DNA of 32,000 nucleotides from Verrucomicrobiota bacterium (lineage in GTDB: Bacteria; Verrucomicrobiota; Verrucomicrobiia; Opitutales; LL51), in contig CP095464.1 in NCBI GenBank assembly GCA_021294815.2, positions 150,001-182,000 on the forward strand, written 5' to 3'. The notes below the pieces were generated by a model, which worked only from the letters and a program-made list of their open reading frames with translations, did not search any database and had not been told where the DNA came from. This document shows positions 25,347 through 32,000 of this stretch, in pieces. The position numbers were made by a program, and so were the translations under genes. Position 1 is the first letter of the stretch, and every line of letters begins with the position of its first letter.

Positions 25347-25907
25347 ATGGAAACAGATTTGGCTCTAAAAAATATTAAAGCGGCTATGACGAGGGCCGTC
25401 GAACACACGAATAGCGAATTTTCATCGCTCCATACCGGTAAGGCTTCAACGTCGATGGTCGAAAATCTTATCGCGGATGTCTACGGAAGCAGTATGCGGA
25501 TTAAGGAAATTGCAGCCATTACGACACCCGATGTACGGACGATCCAGATTCAACCCTGGGATAAATCTTCTGTACCGTGTATTGAAAAGGCAATCCTAAC
25601 AGCCAATATCGGTCTAACACCGATTTCGCAGAGCACGCTTATTCGCTGTACCGTTCCGGAAATGAGTGGGGAGCGCCGTAAAGAACTGGTGAAGGTCGCC
25701 AATACGATGGCCGAAGCTGGGCGTGTTGCGATTCGTTCTATTCGTAGGGATGCACTGGAAAGCTTTAAAAAACTCCAAAAAGCCGGTACAGTCACCGAAG
25801 ATGAAATGAAGCGTCTCGATAAAGAGGTTCAGAAACTCACGGATAACGCCATCGACGAAATCGCCAAATTACTTGCTTCGAAAGAAAAAGATCTCATGCA
25901 GGTTTAA
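25347..25907 (+). CDS. frr: Ribosome recycling factor
   Basis: Colinear with Frr (EFSSLHTGKASTSMVENL, IQPWDKS, ANIGLTP, PEMSGERRKELVK, IRSIRRDA). The ATG at 25347 (METDL...) is preferred over the ORF-track start at 25329, which overlaps the pyrH stop. Confidence 0.92.
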   Translation: METDLALKNIKAAMTRAVEHTNSEFSSLHTGKASTSMVENLIADVYGSSMRIKEIAAITTPDVRTIQIQPWDKSSVPCIEKAILTANIGLTPISQSTLIRCTVPEMSGERRKELVKVANTMAEAGRVAIRSIRRDALESFKKLQKAGTVTEDEMKRLDKEVQKLTDNAIDEIAKLLASKEKDLMQV

Positions 25908-26271
25908 AGACGATTTTCTGAATACGGCTTTGGGGACAGAGTTGTTGAATTTTTTTAAGGATTTCCTTTTGGCGGAATGTCAGTTCTTGGCGTATGGTGC
26001 TGTTGTTGACATTCACAAACAAAATTCCCTGGGCATTGACGCGCTCCGGTTTTGAAAATTTCTGCAAGGGCTCACCGACAATCAAAGGCCACTGATCGAC
26101 AATCGTGGAATGCGTTCGAGCTTCCGGTGTTTGAATGTATTTTTCGATAAGACGCTTGGCGATTGTTTCTATGGGAACCTCCTCACGCTCCACTGCGATC
26201 GAAGTATCACGTGGTAGTCCACGGAAATCGGCAATAAGGTTCTGGATTTTTTTCGAAAACCGCGGACGCAT
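25894..26271 (-). CDS. DUF721 domain protein (DciA-like)
   Basis: The 125-aa protein has the DUF721 pattern W..IVG..L..FSKPERV..GILFVNVNNSTIRQELTF..KEILKKI. It is the last gene of the minus-strand gltX/transporter run, 3 nt after the transporter stop. Confidence 0.6.
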   Translation of the reverse strand: MRPRFSKKIQNLIADFRGLPRDTSIAVEREEVPIETIAKRLIEKYIQTPEARTHSTIVDQWPLIVGEPLQKFSKPERVNAQGILFVNVNNSTIRQELTFRQKEILKKIQQLCPQSRIQKIVFKPA

Positions 26272-26274
26272 GGC

Positions 26275-27603
26275 TTAGAGGCACAGTGCGCCAATGAGCG
26301 CAAATCCCATCACCGGGAGATTGAAATAAATAAACGCCGGCACACAGCTATCCCAAATATGATCATGCTGTCCATCGGCATTAAGTCCTGACGTAACGCC
26401 CAACATTGTATCGGAAACCGGCGATCCCGCATCGCCCAACGCCGCCGTCGCCCCAATGAGACAAACGGTCGCTAAAGGGCTAAAACCTAGCTCGACGCAT
26501 AATGGAACACAAATCCCCGCGACAATCGGTACTGTGGAAAACGATGATCCGATACCCATGGTAATGAGGAGCCCAACGAGTAACATGCCTAAAGCACCGA
26601 GAAAAGGGCTACCGTGGACGGCTTCGGTCAACCAACTGACAAGTGCCTGCGTATCGCCTGTTGCTTGGAGTACGGCACTGAAACCCGAGGCCGCGATCAT
26701 AATAAACGCAATCAGCGACATCATTTTAAACCCCTGTGTCACGATATTGTCCGACTCATGCCACCCGACAACACCACCAAGCGTAAAGATACAAAATCCC
26801 GTCATCGCACTCGCAATGGTGTTTTCCAAAATAATTTGGACGATCAGTGTGCCTAAAATCGCCAACCCCGAAACAATGATATCCCAACGCGTACAAGGTT
26901 CTTCTTCCGTCGCATGGACAGAACGCGTTTTGTTGCGATCATAATGCCGAGGCTTCCGATAACGGTAGAGCGATAACACAAGCCCGACAACCATTCCGAA
27001 TGCCGGTAATGCCATGCCGAGAACAATTTCTTTCAGACTGACCGAAACACCGTATTGGAGTAAATTTTCACGGAGAATGCTATCTAAAAAAATGCTCCCA
27101 AAGCCATACGGAATCAGCATGTACGCAAAAATCAGACCAAAGGCTAATAAATTACTCAATAAACGGCGATCAATCTGGAGCTCGGCAAAAACTTCTAGCA
27201 AAGGTGGAATGAGAATCGGTATAAACGCAATATGGACCGGAAGTATGTTTTTCGAGGCAATGGCAATCAAACCAATAAAAACAAAAATGAGCGCTTTGAG
27301 GTGAAGTCGACGATGACTTTCTCGACTCGTAACAAAGTGAATGACTTTTTGCGATAGCCAAATGGGAACACCAGAATGCGCTACGGCTGCTGCAAAAGCA
27401 CCTAAAATCCCATAGCTTAGGGCGATATTCGCACCGCCACCGAGACCTGAAGCAAAAATCTCGAGTGTTTTGGGAACGGAAAATCCACCCAAAGTCCCCC
27501 CTAAAATCGCACCTGCTGTCAGCGCAATCACTACGTTTACCCGAAGGAGCGCAAGCCCAAGAACGCTCGCAATCGCAACGAGAACCGAATTTGTTAGAAT
27601 CAT
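26275..27603 (-). CDS. YuiF-like membrane transporter (Na+/H+ antiporter NhaC C-terminal family), paralog 1
   Basis: Polytopic 442-aa protein. LRVNVVIALT, PVHIAFIPILIPPLLEVFAELQIDRR, LITMGIGSSFSTVPI and LGDAGSPVSDTMLGVTSGLNADGQHDHIWDSCVP match what I recall of B. subtilis YuiF. The substrate is unknown. Confidence 0.85.
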   Translation of the reverse strand: MILTNSVLVAIASVLGLALLRVNVVIALTAGAILGGTLGGFSVPKTLEIFASGLGGGANIALSYGILGAFAAAVAHSGVPIWLSQKVIHFVTSRESHRRLHLKALIFVFIGLIAIASKNILPVHIAFIPILIPPLLEVFAELQIDRRLLSNLLAFGLIFAYMLIPYGFGSIFLDSILRENLLQYGVSVSLKEIVLGMALPAFGMVVGLVLSLYRYRKPRHYDRNKTRSVHATEEEPCTRWDIIVSGLAILGTLIVQIILENTIASAMTGFCIFTLGGVVGWHESDNIVTQGFKMMSLIAFIMIAASGFSAVLQATGDTQALVSWLTEAVHGSPFLGALGMLLVGLLITMGIGSSFSTVPIVAGICVPLCVELGFSPLATVCLIGATAALGDAGSPVSDTMLGVTSGLNADGQHDHIWDSCVPAFIYFNLPVMGFALIGALCL

Positions 27604-27608
27604 GTTTT

Positions 27609-28901
27609 TTAAGATTGAAAGATTTCGAGTGTCCGACGAATACGTGCTAATACCCGTTTCTTACCGAGGACAGGCAACATCCGATAAAAGCTCGGACCAA
27701 CACCGCGTCCAGAGACCGCAAAGCGAACCGTATGAATATAGTCCCCGGTTTTAACGCCATGTTGTTCGGAAAGATCGTGAATCATCTGTTCCAAATTCGT
27801 TTCGTTGAATTCTGTTAACGCATCGGCAGCATTTAAAAATTCTTCGAGACGTGGACGCGGATTGAATTTCGATAACTTTTCCCACTCTGCTTGCGGACGC
27901 TCAAAGTTTTCATCGAAAAAGTATTCTACAAAACGCCCTAATTCGGTAAATGAACGTAGCTTTTCTTGGCAAATCGTCAGGACTTGGTCGATATAGGCTT
28001 CATCCGTATGAACATCGAGTAATTCCTTCCCGCGGCGTAAAAATTCTTCGAGCGGCATATTTTTAATGTATTCCGCATTCATGTAGGCTAATTTACGTTC
28101 ATCGAAACGGGCATTCGTCTTGTTAATTTCAGGGAGATCAAAGAGACGAATCACTTCTTCAATCGGCATAATTTCGCGATCATCTTTGGGAGACCACCCG
28201 AGTAAACAAAGGTAATTGCGTAGTGCTTCGGGAATAAAGTGCTGTTTATGATAATCTTCAACCAGGGCTCCGGTTTCGCGCTTACTCATCTTCCCCGCTC
28301 CATTGGTTTTTAAGATTAACGGAATGTGGGCAAATTTTGGCGGCTGCACACCGAGTGCTTTGAAGAGCTCTACATGTTTGCTAGAATTCGATAAGTGATC
28401 AGCCCCACGAATCACATGGGAAATCTGCATCGCAGCATCATCGACCACATTGACAAAATGAAAGGTCGGTGTCCCATTCGAGCGAAAGATTACAAAATCT
28501 TTTTCCTCCGCACGGTAAACAGGCCCGTGGATTAAATCGTCAATGAGCTGCGGTTCGTGTGAAACTCGAAAGAAAATCGCCCCCTCTTGCTCGTAGACTT
28601 TATCGTTTTTTCGGAGAATTTCCAAATATTCTTGGTAAATTGTATCACGTTGACTCTGAAAATAAGGGCCATAATCCCCACCGACTTCCGGACCTTCATC
28701 CCAATCGAGCCCAAGCCAATGAAGACTGTCAAAAATAACCTCCGTCGCCCCTGGAATATGTCGTTCGCGATCAGTATCTTCTATGCGTAAAACAAAAGTC
28801 CCCCCGGTATGGCGCGCGTAGAGCCAGTTAAACAGCGCGGTCCTCGCCCCGCCAATATGAAAAAACCCTGTCGGACTCGGTGCAAAACGAACGCGTACCA
28901 T
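27609..28901 (-). CDS. gltX: Glutamyl-tRNA synthetase
   Basis: VRVRFAPSPTGFFHIGGARTALFNWLYAR (HIGH motif), LRIEDTDRER and KMSKR (KMSKS motif). At 430 aa it is at the short end for bacterial GluRS. Confidence 0.93.
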   Translation of the reverse strand: MVRVRFAPSPTGFFHIGGARTALFNWLYARHTGGTFVLRIEDTDRERHIPGATEVIFDSLHWLGLDWDEGPEVGGDYGPYFQSQRDTIYQEYLEILRKNDKVYEQEGAIFFRVSHEPQLIDDLIHGPVYRAEEKDFVIFRSNGTPTFHFVNVVDDAAMQISHVIRGADHLSNSSKHVELFKALGVQPPKFAHIPLILKTNGAGKMSKRETGALVEDYHKQHFIPEALRNYLCLLGWSPKDDREIMPIEEVIRLFDLPEINKTNARFDERKLAYMNAEYIKNMPLEEFLRRGKELLDVHTDEAYIDQVLTICQEKLRSFTELGRFVEYFFDENFERPQAEWEKLSKFNPRPRLEEFLNAADALTEFNETNLEQMIHDLSEQHGVKTGDYIHTVRFAVSGRGVGPSFYRMLPVLGKKRVLARIRRTLEIFQS

Positions 28902-28955
28902 AGTGGCGCCGACGGTACACAGATTCGCTGAAAAGGAAATAAAAAACTCCCTCTT

Positions 28956-30281
28956 TTACAGCCAAAGCGCACCGAGCAGCCCAAACGCAATCACCGGAAG
29001 ATTGAAATCAATAAACGCCGGTACGCAGCTATCCCAAATATGATCATGCTGGCCATCCGCATTGAGTCCCGATGTAACACCCAACATCGTATCCGATACC
29101 GGTGATCCCGCATCGCCAATTACCGCTGTTGCCCCGACAATACAGATTGTCGCCAGTGGACTAAAGCCCAATTCCAAACACAAGGGAACATAAATACCGG
29201 CGATAATCGGAACCGTTGAAAATGAAGAACCGATGCCCATTGTAATCAAAAGCCCAACGGATAACATACCACAAGCTGCAAGGAAGGAATTGCCATGAAC
29301 TGCATCACTTAGCCACTGAACGAGAGCTTGTGTATCGCCCGTCGCACGTAGAACTGCACTAAATCCAGAAGCTGCAATCATGATAAACGCAATGAGCGAC
29401 ATCATTTTGAATCCCTGGGTTACGACGTTATCCGATTCGCGCCAGCCAACAACACCGCCTAGCGTAAAAATCAAGAACCCTGCCATTGCGCTCGCAATGG
29501 TACTTTCTAAAACAATTTGAACAACAAGTGCTCCGAAAATTGCTGAACTCGAAACGATCATATCCCGACGCGTACACGGTTTTTCCTCACGGGTCTGGAT
29601 AGAATGAATTTTCGTACAACTATAATCTCGTGGCTTCCGGTAACGATAAAACGATAATAGCAACCCGACAATCATCCCTATCGCCGGAAACGTCATACCC
29701 AACATTACTTCCTTAAGACTCACTGACAAACCGTTTTGGACCAAATGGGTTCGCAAAATGCTTTCTAAAAAGATACTACCAAAGCCATATGGAATCCACA
29801 TGTAGGCAAAGATAATCCCAAACGAAATGAGATTGCCGACGACACGACGATCGATCTGTAGTTCGGCAAAAACTTCTAGCAAAGGTGGAATAAGAATCGG
29901 TATAAACGCAATATGAACTGGGATCGCATTTTGCGAAGCAATCGCCAAGCCACCAATCAGGATAAACATTAGGACCTTTACGAAAATAGGCTTTCCACGT
30001 GGACGTCGAACAAAAGCAATTATTTTTTGGGATAACCAAATCGGAACTCCTGAATGGGCAACCGCAGCCGCAAACGCCCCGAGAATGCCATAGCTTAGAG
30101 CGATATTCGCACCACCACCAAGTCCCAATGCAAAAATCTCCAACGTCTTTTGAGGAGAAAATCCTCCTAAAATACCACCTACAAATGCCCCTGTCGTTAA
30201 CGCAATCACGACATTGACACGGCATAAAGCCAAAATAAGTACACAGCCAACCGCGGCGAGCACCGAGTTCGTCAGAATCAT
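28956..30281 (-). CDS. YuiF-like membrane transporter, paralog 2
   Basis: 441 aa, colinear with the 26275..27603 product and carrying the same family motifs. Identity is roughly four fifths at the amino-acid level by eye. Confidence 0.85.
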   Translation of the reverse strand: MILTNSVLAAVGCVLILALCRVNVVIALTTGAFVGGILGGFSPQKTLEIFALGLGGGANIALSYGILGAFAAAVAHSGVPIWLSQKIIAFVRRPRGKPIFVKVLMFILIGGLAIASQNAIPVHIAFIPILIPPLLEVFAELQIDRRVVGNLISFGIIFAYMWIPYGFGSIFLESILRTHLVQNGLSVSLKEVMLGMTFPAIGMIVGLLLSFYRYRKPRDYSCTKIHSIQTREEKPCTRRDMIVSSSAIFGALVVQIVLESTIASAMAGFLIFTLGGVVGWRESDNVVTQGFKMMSLIAFIMIAASGFSAVLRATGDTQALVQWLSDAVHGNSFLAACGMLSVGLLITMGIGSSFSTVPIIAGIYVPLCLELGFSPLATICIVGATAVIGDAGSPVSDTMLGVTSGLNADGQHDHIWDSCVPAFIDFNLPVIAFGLLGALWL

Positions 30282-30493
30282 ACTGTTCCTTCGTTTACAA
30301 TGAACCGGTGTCCGTGAACTTCAAAACCTCATGATGATGTACATGATGCCCTGCCGAAAACACCGCATGGTTGCGGACACAAACGATCGAACCCCATGTA
30401 ACATTGACCATAGCGGCGTCTTATGCTAAGTGCTGCTTTCAATTGTAAAGCAAAAATTTTTACTTTTCGCCACACTGGCCATTACTAAACATC

Positions 30494-31015
30494 ATGTACA
30501 TGCAGTGTCCTTTTCCGAAAAAATTCCCCTCACAACTCCAAAAAGACGATGAATTTTTCATGTCGATGGCCTACAACGAAGCTATCCAGGCCTATGAAGC
30601 CGACGAAATTCCCGTCGGCGCAGTAATTGTCTATCAACAACAAATCATTGCATCTGCACACAACCGCGTCAAAACGCTCAATGATCCAACTGCACATGCC
30701 GAAATGCTCGCCATTACCCAAGCAGCGCAATTTATCGGCGATTGGCGGCTCAATGAAACGACGCTTTACGTCACCAAGGAGCCCTGCCCTATGTGCTCCG
30801 GTGCTACGATTATGGCTCGCGTCGGAACGGTTATTTTCGGTTTTTCCGATCCTAAAATGGGCGGTCTTGGCGGTGCATTTTCGCTACAAAATCTTCCACA
30901 AACCAATCACCGGCCCGTTATCAAGCAAGATGTTCTAAAGGAATCCTGCTACGAACTCGTTCGTCGATTTTTCGATACCCGACGTCACCGCATCGAAGAA
31001 ATCAATGACCTTTAA
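30494..31015 (+). CDS. tadA: tRNA-specific adenosine-34 deaminase
   Basis: EIPVGAVIV, the HAEMLAI zinc/catalytic motif and PCPMCSGA. The size is typical for TadA. The start could be the ATG at 30494 or 30500. Confidence 0.9.
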   Translation: MYMQCPFPKKFPSQLQKDDEFFMSMAYNEAIQAYEADEIPVGAVIVYQQQIIASAHNRVKTLNDPTAHAEMLAITQAAQFIGDWRLNETTLYVTKEPCPMCSGATIMARVGTVIFGFSDPKMGGLGGAFSLQNLPQTNHRPVIKQDVLKESCYELVRRFFDTRRHRIEEINDL

Positions 31016-32000
31016 AATCCAAGCGCTCTTTTTTCTTGTTCTGTGAGTAGTTTCTCCCCGTTTCCCGTATTTACTCTTCCATTGATAAAGCGAAGGCTTT
31101 TTGAAAACAAACGCTCGAATAGAAAATCAAAAGCTGATTGCAATGGCGCATTGTTCCGATCGGAGATAAAGAGGGTAATATTTGCGCGAAAATACATTAG
31201 TTCCTTTTGGATGCCTTGAATTGTTTTTTTCGGATCAATCAGTGACCATACCGCGTTGCGATAATACCCCACAAACATCGCGCGCGTCGCATACTGTTGA
31301 GCAAGCTCTTCGTTACCTCCTTCTCGGCGAAAAAATTGCGCCATATTCTCGAAAAAAAACGACCATACCGTCAGTGCCACAGACACCATCGTTAATGGCA
31401 TCTCTTTCCAGAAAATCCGCTCTTCATCACCGGTCTCTAAAAATGCCACAGGACTTTCCTCGGTGATCGAGTCATCATCCGTAAGAGTTTTTATCTTCCC
31501 AAACAACGCCTCTCGAATCGGTTTAAAACGTGCCCGTATGCTATTGGCACTATTGGAACGCTCGAGATCCGTGAAACAATCTTCTATACGTATAGTGATG
31601 ACCTCGTTTAGTGCTTGTCGTTCTTCGGGTATAAGGGCCAGTAATAAGAGTCCAAACTGCATTTGATAGAGGCTCGCGATCCGTGCCTGCATCCGATAGC
31701 GCTGGACGCGTTCAGAAAGCGCCCCACCGGCAAAGGGCCATTGACTGACTTCCTGAAAGTAGGCAGACAGTCTTCCTAATTCCATAACGCATTTCCAGGC
31801 GGAATATCCCTGCCAAATTTCCTTCCTCTCACGGTAACCGTTTCCCTCCGCAACCGCTCCGAAAGGGTTTAAAATTTGCTCGATCATCGCTCCAAGCGGT
31901 CGATTTCCCAAAAATAATCCCATCCGCGCCGCCATATCTTTTTGCCTCGCCAATACCGCTTGAGACTTAGGTCGATCGGGTATTGCCGTAGTACTCTGTG
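31012..32000 (-). CDS. Hypothetical protein, predicted helical, N-terminus possibly beyond the right window edge
   Basis: The ORF track gives 31012..31953 with a TTG start. I read the same frame as open with no stop up to position 31998, so the true start may lie outside the window. No recognisable motif. Confidence 0.5.
   Translation of the reverse strand, partial: QSTTAIPDRPKSQAVLARQKDMAARMGLFLGNRPLGAMIEQILNPFGAVAEGNGYRERKEIWQGYSAWKCVMELGRLSAYFQEVSQWPFAGGALSERVQRYRMQARIASLYQMQFGLLLLALIPEERQALNEVITIRIEDCFTDLERSNSANSIRARFKPIREALFGKIKTLTDDDSITEESPVAFLETGDEERIFWKEMPLTMVSVALTVWSFFFENMAQFFRREGGNEELAQQYATRAMFVGYYRNAVWSLIDPKKTIQGIQKELMYFRANITLFISDRNNAPLQSAFDFLFERLFSKSLRFINGRVNTGNGEKLLTEQEKRALGF

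Noticed and set aside
27170-27361. Out-of-frame ORFs in both transporter paralogs (also 29776..30225) sharing the peptide YCVYTDS.STFARSFCR
   Set aside because: The shared peptide is a by-product of the near-identical nucleotide patch read in another frame. It is not evidence for an overlapping gene.
1-32000. Search for tRNA/rRNA genes, CRISPR arrays, IS elements, integrases and long direct or inverted repeats
   Set aside because: None seen by eye. Intergenic space is too small almost everywhere, and the only gap over 150 bp (30282..30493) shows no tRNA-like or repeat-spacer structure. A computational scan (tRNAscan-SE, Infernal, CRISPR finders) would be needed to be certain.

Overview
Compact, gene-dense chromosomal window from a diderm bacterium. 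The diderm call rests on LPS genes (waaA, heptose kinase) and an outer-membrane secretin. I make no firm taxonomic call. I support 30 protein-coding genes and found no rRNA, tRNA, CRISPR array, IS element or integrase. Many neighbouring genes overlap by 4 bp or are separated by less than 30 nt.

Gene layout:
- Left block, minus strand: alaS (runs off the left edge), fabV, heptose-7-P kinase, waaA. Then efp on the plus strand, followed on the minus strand by a stand-alone hexapeptide-repeat protein, ftsQ, ddl, an RNase E/G-family gene, a RodA-like SEDS gene, and atpB-E-F plus a short atpH.
- Central block, plus strand, divergent from atpB: a diverged type II secretion-like module (GspK-like, GspL/PilMN-like, GspM/PilO-like, GspD secretin, a small PilP/GspC-like protein, GspE ATPase). 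This is followed by a phosphohexomutase, an orphan 272-aa ORF, pyrH and frr.
- Right block, minus strand: a DUF721/DciA-like gene and two YuiF-family transporter paralogs bracketing gltX. Then tadA on the plus strand and an unknown protein that is open at the right edge.

The most interesting signal is the secretion module. Its gene order is permuted relative to canonical T2SS operons, and it lacks a platform protein and pilins locally. Its secretin carries a long polybasic C-terminal tail. The gene immediately downstream encodes an exported protein that ends in an extreme Asp/Trp/Phe acidic tail.

All calls come from reading the ORF translations and the DNA by eye. No searches or computations were run.
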